Shown here: positions 28,897-39,163 of the stretch, piece after piece
Position numbering within the stretch: position 1 is the stretch's first letter
Layout of the letters: every line of letters starts with the position of its first letter
Assembly (NCBI GenBank): GCA_038232695.1
Contig: JBBSNI010000001.1
Span: 1 to 60,386, forward strand
Direction of reading: 5' to 3'
Length of the DNA: 60,386 bases
Source: Cytophagales bacterium
GTDB lineage: Bacteria > Bacteroidota > Bacteroidia > Cytophagales > Cyclobacteriaceae
Program-made: the position numbers and the translations under genes
Notes under the pieces: model-generated
What the model saw: only the letters and a program-made list of their open reading frames with translations
What the model was told of the DNA's origin: nothing
Database searches by the model: none

Positions 28897-28904
28897 CAAA
28901 TTTA
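28897..28904 (-). promoter_or_regulatory. -7 promoter element for rpsT
   Basis: TAAATTTG on the minus strand. Confidence 0.55.
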
Positions 28905-28980
28905 AAGTTATTCTGTACAAAAACAAAAATTTATTTTCAACCAGACTTGTCGTACCTTGTGCCGCTAAACCGGAGCGTAT

Positions 28981-31230
28981 ATGGATTATTTAAATACTTT
29001 GAATGAGCCGCAGCGGGCGGCTGTTATGAATACCGAGGGACCTACCATGATCATTGCCGGGGCAGGTTCCGGCAAAACCCGCGTGCTTACCTACCGGATC
29101 GCTTACCTGATCCAACACAAAGGCGTAGATCCTTTTAATATATTGGCACTGACGTTTACCAATAAAGCTGCCAAAGAAATGCGGCATCGCATAGAGCGTG
29201 TCGTAGGTACCGAAGCGCGCAATTTGTGGATGGGAACGTTTCACTCCGTCTTTGCCCGCATCTTACGGGCAGAAGCCGGCAAGCTGGGCTACCACAGCAA
29301 CTTTACGATCTATGATACGGACGATTCCAAATCGCTGATCAAAAATATTCTGAAAGAACAGGGGCTGGACGAAAAAGTGTATAAGCCCGGCATGGTGCTG
29401 AGCCGTATTTCCGGTGCCAAAAACCGCCTGATCTCCTGGCGTGCCTATATGGAGAACCCAACCATTCGTGCAGAAGATGAGGCCGCCGCCAAACCGCATA
29501 TGGGCAAAATCTATAAAACCTATGCAGAGCGCTGCTTCAAATCCGACGCCATGGACTTTGACGATTTGCTGTTTAACACCAACGTACTTTTTAAAGAACA
29601 CCCCGACTCGCTCAACAAATACCAGCACCGTTTTCATTATGTATTAGTGGATGAATTTCAGGATACTAACTTTTCGCAGTACCTGATCACCAAAAAGCTG
29701 GCGTCGGTGCGCCGCAACATCTGCATCGTAGGCGATGATGCCCAAAGTATCTACGCCTTCCGCGGGGCAGACATTCAGAATATCCTGAATTTTGAAAAAG
29801 ACTTCGACGATGCCAAAGTCTTTAAACTGGAGCAAAATTACCGCTCTACCAAAAATATTATCAACGTAGCCAACTCCGTCATTGGCAGAAACAAAGCCCA
29901 GCTTAAAAAACTGATCTGGACCGCCAACGATGAAGGCCATCTGATTGAAATCATCAAAGCCACGTCCGATCAGGAAGAAGGGCGGCTGGTCGCCTACTCT
30001 ATCTTTGAGCATAAAAGCAACCATCAATTGCGTTACAGTGATTTTGTGGTGCTGTATCGTACCAACAGCCAATCGCGGGCAATGGAAGAAGCGTTGCGTA
30101 AGCAAAACATTAAATACAAGATCGTCGGCGGACTTTCGTTCTATCAACGCAAGGAGATCAAAGACCTGATCGCTTATATGCGTTATACGATCAATACGGG
30201 CGATGAGCAGGCCTTTCGGCGCATCGTCAACCTGCCCAAGCGGGGTATTGGCGGCAGCACGGTAGACAAGATCGTGGTGACTTCCTATGAACAAGATAAA
30301 TCTATATGGGAAGTGTTGGGGCAAGCCGGAAACTATTTTAGCGGACGGGCGGCAGGGGCGCTGTCGGGTTTTGCTGATATGATCAAAAGCTTTCGCCTGG
30401 AAGTAGATCGTAAAGATGCTTTTGAAGCCGCCGCCCACATTGCCAAAGGCTCCGGGCTGCTGCGTGAATTGTATGAGGATAAAACTATAGAAGGCGTCAA
30501 CCGTTATGAGAACGTCCAGGAACTGCTCAACGCTATCAAGGAGTTTGTGGATAACCCGGAGACGGAAGACAAAAGCCTGGGCGCTTTCCTTCAGGAGGTC
30601 GCGCTGCTTACTTCTGCCGACGAAAGCAAAGACGGCGACCAGGATTATGTGACGCTGATGACCATCCATATGGCCAAAGGTCTCGAGTTTCCTTACGTAT
30701 ATGTCGTAGGTATGGAAGAAGACCTTTTTCCATCCCAAATGATGCTGGGCAGCCGCCACGATCTGGAAGAAGAAAGGCGGTTATTTTATGTGGCTATCAC
30801 CCGCGCCATGCAGAAACTGACCCTTTCTTATGCGCTGACACGCTATAGATTTGGCAGACTGAAAAATTGTGAGCCCAGCCGCTTCCTGGAAGAAGTTGAT
30901 CCGGCCTTTGTAATGGTCAATAAAAAAATGGGAACACGCTCGCTGGCAGGCGATACCGAACATGCAAGAGTTTTGGTAAAAAGCATTCAACGCGACCGAA
31001 AAATGTTATCAACCAACACCAGCACTTACAAAGCCCCTACCGATTTTGTTCCCAGCGATACGAGCCGGTTGGAAGGAGGCATGAAAGTTGAACACCCGAA
31101 ATTCGGATTTGGCACGGTAAAAGGCATCGAGACGCAAGGACCTAATCGCAAAGCCAAAGTAGAGTTTGATGATTTCGGAGAAAAAACTTTGCTGCTTAGC
31201 TTTGCCAAACTTAAAATACACGAATCATAA
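28981..31230 (+). CDS. pcrA: ATP-dependent DNA helicase UvrD/PcrA
   Basis: AGAGSGKT, TFTNKAA, VDEFQD, GDDAQSIY, QNYRS, EERRLFYVAITRA, C-terminal HPKFG Tudor-like domain. Confidence 0.93.
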   Translation: MDYLNTLNEPQRAAVMNTEGPTMIIAGAGSGKTRVLTYRIAYLIQHKGVDPFNILALTFTNKAAKEMRHRIERVVGTEARNLWMGTFHSVFARILRAEAGKLGYHSNFTIYDTDDSKSLIKNILKEQGLDEKVYKPGMVLSRISGAKNRLISWRAYMENPTIRAEDEAAAKPHMGKIYKTYAERCFKSDAMDFDDLLFNTNVLFKEHPDSLNKYQHRFHYVLVDEFQDTNFSQYLITKKLASVRRNICIVGDDAQSIYAFRGADIQNILNFEKDFDDAKVFKLEQNYRSTKNIINVANSVIGRNKAQLKKLIWTANDEGHLIEIIKATSDQEEGRLVAYSIFEHKSNHQLRYSDFVVLYRTNSQSRAMEEALRKQNIKYKIVGGLSFYQRKEIKDLIAYMRYTINTGDEQAFRRIVNLPKRGIGGSTVDKIVVTSYEQDKSIWEVLGQAGNYFSGRAAGALSGFADMIKSFRLEVDRKDAFEAAAHIAKGSGLLRELYEDKTIEGVNRYENVQELLNAIKEFVDNPETEDKSLGAFLQEVALLTSADESKDGDQDYVTLMTIHMAKGLEFPYVYVVGMEEDLFPSQMMLGSRHDLEEERRLFYVAITRAMQKLTLSYALTRYRFGRLKNCEPSRFLEEVDPAFVMVNKKMGTRSLAGDTEHARVLVKSIQRDRKMLSTNTSTYKAPTDFVPSDTSRLEGGMKVEHPKFGFGTVKGIETQGPNRKAKVEFDDFGEKTLLLSFAKLKIHES

Positions 31231-31262
31231 TTTAATATCTCACACCCATAACCAATAAAATC

Positions 31263-31901
31263 ATGTTTGAATACAATACTGACAGGTCTAAGTTAATTCT
31301 GAAAGAATACGGTAGAAACGTCCAGAATCTGGCTGAATACATCAATACAATTGAAGACAGAACCAAGAAAAATCAATACGCCCATACGCTCATTGAGTTG
31401 ATGCGGCAGTTGAACCCCAGCGTGAAAGACGATCAGGAAATTACGCAGAAATTGTGGGACGATCTGTTTATCATGACTGAATTCAGGCTGGATGTAGACT
31501 CTCCGTATCCTAAGCCTGAGCCGGATGTACTGTTTAAAAAGCCAAAGAAGCTGGACTACAATACAGACCCCGTAGAGTTTAAACTTTACGGCAAAAACAT
31601 AGAGAAGCTTATCGATAAAGCCAGTGCTATTGAAGATGAAGAAGAGCAAAAAGGGGCTATTATCTATCTGGGCAAACTCATGAAGAACTTTTACATGTCC
31701 TGGAATAGAGAAAATATAGAAGATGAAGTGATCATAAGACATCTCAAAGAAATGTCGGGTAACAAACTGGATATGCCTATAGAAGAGATCAAGAAGAATA
31801 ATTTATTTGATATAAACTTTAGTAAACCCAGGTCTAGTAATAATAATAACAGTAACAGCAATAAAGGGCGCCGAAGCGGCCCGAAACGAAAGAAAAACTA
31901 A
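31263..31901 (+). CDS. DUF4290 family protein
   Basis: EYNT.R..LILKEYGRNVQ...KLWDDLF; typical position upstream of murA in Bacteroidetes. Confidence 0.8.
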   Translation: MFEYNTDRSKLILKEYGRNVQNLAEYINTIEDRTKKNQYAHTLIELMRQLNPSVKDDQEITQKLWDDLFIMTEFRLDVDSPYPKPEPDVLFKKPKKLDYNTDPVEFKLYGKNIEKLIDKASAIEDEEEQKGAIIYLGKLMKNFYMSWNRENIEDEVIIRHLKEMSGNKLDMPIEEIKKNNLFDINFSKPRSSNNNNSNSNKGRRSGPKRKKN

Positions 31902-33208
31902 TGGCAATTTTCAAAATCGAAGGTGGACACAGGCTCAAGGGAGAAATCATTCCACAAGGTGCAAAAAACGAAGCATTACAAATTCTATGTGGCGTACTGC
32001 TCACGCCCGAAACAGTAACCATCCACAAAGTCCCTTACATCCGGGACGTACTCAAGCTGATAGAACTGCTGGAGTCTATGGGTGTGGAAGTAAAGCAGGT
32101 AGGCGAGGAATCCTACAAATTCACGGCGCGCAATGTCAACTTATCTTACCTGGAAACCCAGGATTTTGCCAAGCAGGCAGCCGCGCTTCGAGGCTCTATC
32201 ATGATCCTTGGTCCGCTGCTGGCGCGCTTTGGCAAAGGCCGCATCCCTATGCCCGGTGGCGACAAGATCGGACGCCGCCGTTTGGATACGCACTTTATCG
32301 GGCTGCAAAAGTTAGGCGCCCACTTTCATTACGATGCCGCTAATAAATTTTACAGTGTAGAAGCTACTAAGCTCAAAGGGAGCTATATGCTGATGGACGA
32401 AGCCAGCGTGACCGGAACGGCCAATATCATCATGGCAGCCTGCATGGCAGAAGGCACGACCACCATCTACAATGCTGCCTGCGAACCTTATATCCAGCAG
32501 TTGTGTGAAATGCTCAACCGCATGGGCGCCAAAATCACAGGCGTTGGTTCCAACCTGCTGTATATTGAAGGGGTCACGTCACTGCACGGCACAGAACATA
32601 CGATGTTGCCGGATATGATTGAGATTGGTAGTTTTATTGGCCTGGCTGCCATGACCCGCTCCGATATTGTCATCAAAAATGCACGGGTAGATATGCTCGG
32701 CATCATCCCGGAAACTTTCCGCAAATTGGGTGTCAACTTTGACATTGAAGGAGATGATATTCATGTCTATAACAATGATCATTACCAAATAGAAACCTTC
32801 ATTGATGGTTCTATCATGACCATTGCCGATGCTATCTGGCCTGGTCTTACGCCCGATCTGCTCAGTATTATCCTGGTCGTGGCTACACAGTCCAAAGGAA
32901 CTGTGCTGATCCATCAGAAAATGTTTGAGAGCCGCTTGTTCTTCGTGGATAAGCTCATCGATATGGGTGCGAAGATCATTCTGTGCGACCCACACCGGGC
33001 TACCGTCATTGGTCTGGACCGTTGCCAGTCGCTGCGCGGTGTTTCCATGTCCTCTCCCGATATTCGTGCAGGTGTAGCCCTGTTGATCGCGGCGCTTTCC
33101 GCAGAAGGAAGCAGTATTATTTCTAATGTGGAGCAGATAGACCGGGGCTATCAGTTTATTGAGAAGCGGCTTAAAGCCTTAGGCGCGCACATAGAAAGAC
33201 ATGACTAA
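31901..33208 (+). CDS. murA: UDP-N-acetylglucosamine 1-carboxyvinyltransferase
   Basis: GAKNEAL, PGGDKIGRR (Asp at the usual catalytic Cys position), SVTGTAN, DIRAG, IDRGY. Confidence 0.95.
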   Translation: MAIFKIEGGHRLKGEIIPQGAKNEALQILCGVLLTPETVTIHKVPYIRDVLKLIELLESMGVEVKQVGEESYKFTARNVNLSYLETQDFAKQAAALRGSIMILGPLLARFGKGRIPMPGGDKIGRRRLDTHFIGLQKLGAHFHYDAANKFYSVEATKLKGSYMLMDEASVTGTANIIMAACMAEGTTTIYNAACEPYIQQLCEMLNRMGAKITGVGSNLLYIEGVTSLHGTEHTMLPDMIEIGSFIGLAAMTRSDIVIKNARVDMLGIIPETFRKLGVNFDIEGDDIHVYNNDHYQIETFIDGSIMTIADAIWPGLTPDLLSIILVVATQSKGTVLIHQKMFESRLFFVDKLIDMGAKIILCDPHRATVIGLDRCQSLRGVSMSSPDIRAGVALLIAALSAEGSSIISNVEQIDRGYQFIEKRLKALGAHIERHD

Positions 33209-33216
33209 GCGTTAGG

Positions 33217-33265
33217 AGCGATTCGTATGGGTTGCTGGAATATACAGCAACCCATACGAATCGCT
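33217..33265. terminator. Perfect 21-bp stem hairpin between convergent murA and recJ
   Basis: agcgattcgtatgggttgctg-gaatata-cagcaacccatacgaatcgct. Confidence 0.7.
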
Positions 33266-34970
33266 ATGACATCAATTTGATGTCTTTGATCATCAATTGA
33301 AGGGAACAGTCTCCGTTGAAGTCGTTCTCTTCTATGGTATAGGCCATTTTGAAAGGAACATTCCGGCTTACCAGATCATACAAACCCACCATGCCGAAGC
33401 CTACGGCACAGAATTCGGCAGAAGTGTCTGCCTGCTTTACATAGAACTTCAGATGTTTTTCTTTCATCACCTGGGCATTGCCACTTACGTATAGGTTTTC
33501 ACTGACGAAGGTTGGGCGCATATTATAAGGACCGAAAGGTCCCATCTGCTGTATGACTTTGTAAAATTTCTTTGAGATGTCGGAAAAGCTGATGGGCAGG
33601 TCTATCTCAAACTGGGGCGTTAGCTGGGCTGGAGTGATGCGCCTGGCGACAGCCTCTTCAAATTTCTTCTGAAACAGAGGAACCTTATCAATAGCCAGCG
33701 TGAGGCCTGCGGCATGAGTATGACCCCCAAACTGCTCTAACAGATCAGCGCATTCGGAAATAGCTTCGTATACATCAAACCCGTTGACCGAACGGGCCGA
33801 GCCGGTCGCTTTTTCGTTGGATGCTGTCAGAATGATGGTAGGACGGTAATATTTCTCGATACAACGGGAAGCTACAATACCTACAACGCCTTTGTGCCAA
33901 TCATGCTTGAAAAGAACCGTGCTTTTGGCGTTTCTTAGCAAATCGTCGTTCTCTATCATGTCCAGCGCCTCCTGCGTGATGAGGGTATCTACGTTTTTGC
34001 GCTGAGCGTTGTGTACATTCAGTCCTTCGGCCAACTGCAAAGCTTCTTCTTCTGTATCAGCCAGCAAGACCGCTACCGCATCGCTGGCATGTCGCATTCG
34101 GCCGGCTGCATTGATGCGGGGCGCAAAGCCAAACACTACCTTGTCTACGGTGAACTCGCCCCGCAGTCCCGCCAGATGCGCCATCGCCTTCAAGCCGGGG
34201 CGCGGACTTTCATTCAGTTTTTTGAGTCCAAAATAAGTGAGAATGCGGTTTTCCCCGGTGACCGGAACAATGTCGGCCGCAATGGCAACAGCCAGCAAGT
34301 CCATTTGCTGGTGCAGTTCGGTGGCATGTTTGTTGATCTGTTGACAAAAACCCTGTAATAATTTGAAACCTACGCCGCAGCCACAAAGCTCTTTGTAGGG
34401 ATATGGGCAACCTTCCTGCTTAGGGTTCAGAATAGCATGAGCCGGAGGCAACTGTTCGCCCGGCCGGTGATGGTCGCAGATGATAAAGTCAATCCCTTGC
34501 TTACGTGCCTGGTTGATAAGCGCTACCGAGGTAATGCCGCAGTCCAGCGCAATGACCAGGCTGTAATCCTGCTCCGCAGCATACGCAATTCCCTGAGCAG
34601 ACACACCATAGCCTTCCGTATAACGATCCGGTATATAAAAATCAACATAGGGGTAAATCTTTTTGAGAAAGCCATAAACCAGGGTGACAGAAGTTACGCC
34701 ATCCACATCATAATCGCCATAGACCAGGATTTTTTCTCCCCGCTTAATAGCCAGGATCAGGCGGTTGACGGCATGGTCCATGTCCTTCATCAAAAAAGGA
34801 TTCGGAAGCTGTTTGAGGCTGGGACGAAAAAAGCTTTTGGCCTGATCGTAGGTATAAATCTGTCTTTGGATGAGCAACGCTGCCAGCGCAGGATTGACAT
34901 TAATATCAGAAGAAAGTTGCCTAATAGCCTCCTGAGCAGGTTGTTCTTTATAAATCCAGCGTTTTTCCAT
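33264..34970 (-). CDS. recJ: Single-stranded-DNA-specific exonuclease RecJ
   Basis: GDYDVDG, DCG, DHH, PRINAAGR, GSARS, GGH.HAAG. Confidence 0.95.
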   Translation of the reverse strand: MEKRWIYKEQPAQEAIRQLSSDINVNPALAALLIQRQIYTYDQAKSFFRPSLKQLPNPFLMKDMDHAVNRLILAIKRGEKILVYGDYDVDGVTSVTLVYGFLKKIYPYVDFYIPDRYTEGYGVSAQGIAYAAEQDYSLVIALDCGITSVALINQARKQGIDFIICDHHRPGEQLPPAHAILNPKQEGCPYPYKELCGCGVGFKLLQGFCQQINKHATELHQQMDLLAVAIAADIVPVTGENRILTYFGLKKLNESPRPGLKAMAHLAGLRGEFTVDKVVFGFAPRINAAGRMRHASDAVAVLLADTEEEALQLAEGLNVHNAQRKNVDTLITQEALDMIENDDLLRNAKSTVLFKHDWHKGVVGIVASRCIEKYYRPTIILTASNEKATGSARSVNGFDVYEAISECADLLEQFGGHTHAAGLTLAIDKVPLFQKKFEEAVARRITPAQLTPQFEIDLPISFSDISKKFYKVIQQMGPFGPYNMRPTFVSENLYVSGNAQVMKEKHLKFYVKQADTSAEFCAVGFGMVGLYDLVSRNVPFKMAYTIEENDFNGDCSLQLMIKDIKLMS

Positions 34971-35001
34971 GTAATTTATCTACTATTGCCTACATCCTGT
35001 T

Positions 35002-35508
35002 TTATCTGACAAGGCTTAAAGTGAAAATCACCTCTGCATTGACAGGAATAGGAATTTGAGGTATCGTGCCAGCAGGTAGTGCAACTTCTTCTGAAGTGCT
35101 GAGTACGAGATTATTTTTATCCAATGTTTGAACAGAAAAAATAACCGGATCAACATCACTGTTGTCAAAGATGGTTAAAGAATTGGCGGCGGCATCCAGA
35201 GACCACGTGCCGCTGCTGGCTTGATTCGCTTCCAAAGGCGTTGTTGTATAAGTACTGTCCGATGCGAAGGTAATCCTGGTATTGTCTGGAAACACCAGGA
35301 TAGAATCTATGTCTATATCCTGTTCCTCTAACAAGGCAAGCGCCAATGTGGTAATATCTTGTCCTTGGGCAAGGATCTTGATTTCCTGGTCAGAAACTGT
35401 CCAGGTACCTGCCAGTGATGCTTCAGGTTCTTCGTCGTCTTTACAAGCTTGGAAGATGATAGGCGCTAAGAGCAGCAGCATCCAGATAAATTTTATGGTT
35501 ATTTTCAT
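35002..35508 (-). CDS. Lipocalin-like lipoprotein
   Basis: Lipobox FQAC-KDD, LAGTW, ITF.SDSTY, SGTWSL. Confidence 0.6.
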   Translation of the reverse strand: MKITIKFIWMLLLLAPIIFQACKDDEEPEASLAGTWTVSDQEIKILAQGQDITTLALALLEEQDIDIDSILVFPDNTRITFASDSTYTTTPLEANQASSGTWSLDAAANSLTIFDNSDVDPVIFSVQTLDKNNLVLSTSEEVALPAGTIPQIPIPVNAEVIFTLSLVR

Positions 35509-35647
35509 AGTTAGGGTAGATAAGTGTCAAAAGTATGTTAATAAACAAGGTAAGGAATTCTATAAAAGATAGAAAGCGCACAAGCAAGTAAACTTGCGGG
35601 TACGCTTCCATGCTGTGGTTACTTTACTAGATGCAACAATCGCTATC

Positions 35648-36364
35648 TTACCATTCGCTCTGGCTTTTATCAGAGATCTGTGGTTGGCTTTCCATAGGAA
35701 CGGCAACGGGCTGGCTTTGCGCTTGTTTTTGCAGATTCTCCAGTACATCTTTCAAAGGCACTCTTATGCCGTCGCTGTAAGGAACGATCCAGGCGTCGCG
35801 TACGCCCATCGCTCTCAAATACTTTTTAAACTTATCGGACTCCCAATAGTCGCGGAAATTGCCTAAGGTGTATTTCTGGAACCCCTGGGCATCATCCTCC
35901 CCTTTGAAATCTTCGCTGGTGTTGAGATACTGCTCCAATCTTTTGTCACGGAAAGCACCGATCTGCACCCGGAATACCAAACCTTTGTCGTAAGCATTCA
36001 CTATAGGAACGTTTTGCTCCACCTGATTATTTTCTGCCAGCGCGGCTTTAGCTTGTTGTAACTGTTCTTCCAGCCTGCGGGTCTGGTCCTGGAGTTGTTT
36101 TACTTCAGAATCTTTATTGTCTAGCTGAGTTTGCAGCCTGGATATGTCACTTTGCAGGCTACCTGCTTTTTCTTTTAGCTCTTTCTGGGCTTCGCGGTCT
36201 TTCTGAAAATCAGCAGCACTCATTTTTTTGAGTTGCTTGAGTTGCTGTTTCTGCTCTTTTTTCAGACGCTTGCGTTCTTTTTTAGAAAGCTCCTGCGCTA
36301 CAACGGCTTCAGTGGCGGCTGTCAGGGTAAAGAGAGCCAATACAATGATGTACAAATATTTCAT
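35648..36364 (-). CDS. Secreted coiled-coil protein with C-terminal SPOR-like domain (paralog of 12283-12843)
   Basis: Signal peptide, coiled coil, GLVFRVQIGAF...KYTLGNFR...MGVRDAWIV..DGIRV. Confidence 0.65.
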   Translation of the reverse strand: MKYLYIIVLALFTLTAATEAVVAQELSKKERKRLKKEQKQQLKQLKKMSAADFQKDREAQKELKEKAGSLQSDISRLQTQLDNKDSEVKQLQDQTRRLEEQLQQAKAALAENNQVEQNVPIVNAYDKGLVFRVQIGAFRDKRLEQYLNTSEDFKGEDDAQGFQKYTLGNFRDYWESDKFKKYLRAMGVRDAWIVPYSDGIRVPLKDVLENLQKQAQSQPVAVPMESQPQISDKSQSEW

Positions 36365-36403
36365 TTCGTTCGAAAGGGTTGGACTGTTTTAAAGTTTACC
36401 CCC

Positions 36404-37804
36404 CTACTTCAAACTTCCTACCATCTGTTCGGGGACAACCCATTCATCAAACTGTTCGTTTGTAAGAATTTTGCTGGAAATGGCAGCTTCTCGCAAAGTG
36501 GTACCTTCCTGGTAAGCTTTCTTGGCAATCTTGGCAGCGTTTTCGTACCCTATATGCGGATTCAAAGCGGTCACCAGCATCAGGGAATTCTCCAGGTTTT
36601 CTCTGATCACGGCTTCGTTGGGCTCAATCCCTGCGGCACAATGTTCCTCGAAAGAAGCGCAGGCATCGCCCAACAGGCGGGCAGATGTCAGCAGGTTGTA
36701 GATCATCATTGGTTTGAACACATTGAGTTCAAACTGCCCGTTCATCCCCCCAATGCTTACGGCCGTATCCAGTCCGATCACCTGCGCACACACCATCGTC
36801 AGGGCTTCGCATTGGGTAGGATTGACCTTGCCGGGCATGATAGAAGAGCCCGGTTCGTTGGCAGGAATGATGATCTCCCCTATGCCGCAGCGCGGGCCGG
36901 AAGCCAGCATACGGATGTCATTGCCTATTTTCATCAAACTGACCGCTGTTTGTTTCAAAGCGCCGGAAGTTTCCACGATCGCATCGTGCGCTGCCAGAGC
37001 TTCAAATTTATTCTTGGCCGTGACGAAAGGATGTCCGGCATGTTGTGCTATCTTTTCAGCCACCAGTTCGGCATAGCCCTCCGGCGTATTCAATCCTGTA
37101 CCGACGGCGGTGCCGCCTAATGCCAGTTCCGACAGGTGGGCAAAAGTATTTTTAATGGCTGCCATCGCATGATCAAGTTGCGCTACATAGCCGCTAAACT
37201 CATGGCTTAGCTTCAGGGGCGTAGCATCCATAAAATGTGTTCTGCCGATTTTGACAATATCGCCGAATGACTCCACTTTTTTTTGTAGTGTATTTCTGAG
37301 ATTTTTTAGCTTAGGTAAGGTTTGCTCCATAATCATCTTATAAGCAGCAATATGCATGGCTGTCGGGAAGGTGTCGTTGGAAGACTGCGACTTGTTGACA
37401 TCGTCGTTGGGGTGGATTTTCTTTTTTTCGTCGGTCAGACTTCCACCCAGCAGCACGTGTGCCCGGTTGGCGATCACCTCGTTTACGTTCATATTGCTCT
37501 GTGTACCTGAGCCGGTCTGCCATACCACCAGCGGAAACTGGTCTTCATGTTTACCTGCCAGTATCTCGTCACATACTTTGGCAATGATTTCGGCTTTGTC
37601 TTGGTCTAATACGCCTAACTCCCTGTTGGCTTCGGCGGCCGATTTTTTCAGGATCGCAAATGCATCAATAATTTCCCGGGGCATCCGCATGGCTTCGCCG
37701 CCGATTTTGAAGTTTTCTTTGGAGCGTTGTGTCTGCGCGCCCCAGTATTTTTCGGCAGGGACTTCCACGGTGCCCATCGTATCTTTTTCAATTCTGTATT
37801 CCAT
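36404..37804 (-). CDS. fumC: Class II fumarate hydratase
   Basis: [35 protein letters not shown]. Confidence 0.96.
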   Translation of the reverse strand: MEYRIEKDTMGTVEVPAEKYWGAQTQRSKENFKIGGEAMRMPREIIDAFAILKKSAAEANRELGVLDQDKAEIIAKVCDEILAGKHEDQFPLVVWQTGSGTQSNMNVNEVIANRAHVLLGGSLTDEKKKIHPNDDVNKSQSSNDTFPTAMHIAAYKMIMEQTLPKLKNLRNTLQKKVESFGDIVKIGRTHFMDATPLKLSHEFSGYVAQLDHAMAAIKNTFAHLSELALGGTAVGTGLNTPEGYAELVAEKIAQHAGHPFVTAKNKFEALAAHDAIVETSGALKQTAVSLMKIGNDIRMLASGPRCGIGEIIIPANEPGSSIMPGKVNPTQCEALTMVCAQVIGLDTAVSIGGMNGQFELNVFKPMMIYNLLTSARLLGDACASFEEHCAAGIEPNEAVIRENLENSLMLVTALNPHIGYENAAKIAKKAYQEGTTLREAAISSKILTNEQFDEWVVPEQMVGSLK

Positions 37805-37935
37805 AGCAAAGAGGGATAGATTTTATACATTCATTTTTGAAAACGTAAAAGCGGTTTTACAGACTGTTCGCTGGTCAGAACTTAAAATAACCTGACTTTG
37901 TTATCTGCTTTAACCTTTCAAACGCTGTTCTTCTG

Positions 37936-38736
37936 ATGCAAAGTAAATACAATCCGAAAGCCCGTAAAGGGAAACCTACTAAATTTTCTAAAAAGCCTAA
38001 AGATTCGAAGCAACCCGCTCCTCAAATTTCTGGTCTGACGCGCCTCAATAAATATATAGCCAACGCCGGCGTGTGTTCCCGCCGGGAAGCAGACCAGTTG
38101 ATCAGTCTGGGTGAAGTGAAAGTAAATGGTGAGGTGATCGCCGAAATGGGATTCAAAGTAAAAGCCACCGACAAAGTGACTTACCAGGGCAGGAAGCTTC
38201 ATGCCGAAAAGTTAGTCTATGTCTTGCTCAACAAACCCAAAAACTTTATCACCACTACTGACGATCCGCAGGAACGCCGCACGGTAATGCATCTGACCGC
38301 CAAGGCTTGTGAGGAAAGAATCTACCCCGTAGGCCGGCTGGACCGCAACACAACCGGCTTGCTGCTGCTGACCAATGATGGCGAGCTGACCAAAAAGCTG
38401 TCTCATCCTTCGCATGGCGTACAGAAGCTTTACCAGGTAGATATTGACAAACCCATTACGGATGAAGATTTCATCAAAATACAGCAGGGAGTAACCCTGG
38501 AAGACGGATTAGTCAAAGTAGACGAAATAGGGCTGGTCAATGGAACCCGTATGAGCCTGGGCGTACAGATACACATTGGCAAAAACCGTATTGTGAGGAG
38601 GATTTTTGAGCACTTGGGTTACCAGGTAGTGAAACTGGACCGTGTGATGTATGCCGGTTTGACCAAAAAAGATTTGCCCCGGGGGAAGTGGCGATTACTT
38701 TCAGAGAAAGAAATCGTTAAGCTGAAATATCTATAA
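37936..38736 (+). CDS. rRNA pseudouridine synthase (RsuA/RluB family)
   Basis: S4 domain RLNKYIA.AGVCSRR; catalytic VGRLD; GKNRIVRR. Confidence 0.9.
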   Translation: MQSKYNPKARKGKPTKFSKKPKDSKQPAPQISGLTRLNKYIANAGVCSRREADQLISLGEVKVNGEVIAEMGFKVKATDKVTYQGRKLHAEKLVYVLLNKPKNFITTTDDPQERRTVMHLTAKACEERIYPVGRLDRNTTGLLLLTNDGELTKKLSHPSHGVQKLYQVDIDKPITDEDFIKIQQGVTLEDGLVKVDEIGLVNGTRMSLGVQIHIGKNRIVRRIFEHLGYQVVKLDRVMYAGLTKKDLPRGKWRLLSEKEIVKLKYL

Positions 38737-38739
38737 AAA

Positions 38740-39025
38740 AAAGGAGGCATCTGTCTAAACGCAGAATGCCTCTTTTATTACACTAAACAACCTAACCTAA
38801 ATATTTAATTATTTGTGGCTGGAAGGGATAAAGGAGGTGCCCGTCTAACATGCGGGCAACCTCTTTTACTACACTACACAACCTAACCTAAATCTTTATA
38901 TTCTTAATAGAGAGACTGCTTTTGTCTCTGCTGTACCATTTCTTTAAGAAGCATTATTTGTTGCTTCAGTGTATCATTGCCAGACTCCGTTGTTTGTTAC
39001 TATCTTTGAGTTCTGTTCTTCAATG
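38740..39025 (-). ncRNA. Putative structured ncRNA with two tandem hairpin modules
   Basis: Two ~64-nt copies (38740-38803 and 38830-38893) with covarying stems and a conserved ATTTAGGTTAGGTTG segment (minus); TACTTTTG -7 box at 39040-39033; U-tailed hairpin at the left end. Confidence 0.55.
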
Positions 39026-39143
39026 ACATAAACAAAAGTAGCACTGCATTTTGAAAATAAATGACAGCCTTCGCCACATAGCCTACACATGTAACTTTAA
39101 TGCCTAATAAAGCATTTTTTTCTCTCAACAGGGGTTTCTAAAA

Positions 39144-39163
39144 ATAGTATGCTTGCATACTAT
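39144..39163. promoter_or_regulatory. Palindromic operator-like site
   Basis: ATAGTATGC-TT-GCATACTAT, next to TATATTTG (39177-84). Confidence 0.55.

Noticed and set aside
29644-30759. 371-aa antisense ORF (and similar ones at 10371-11282, 24452-25240, 36233-37120, 44992-45699)
   Set aside because: Shadow ORFs opposite well-conserved genes, with no recognisable motifs.
31836-31864. AAT/AAC microsatellite
   Set aside because: It encodes a low-complexity Asn/Ser linker in the DUF4290 tail; triplet changes would not shift the frame.
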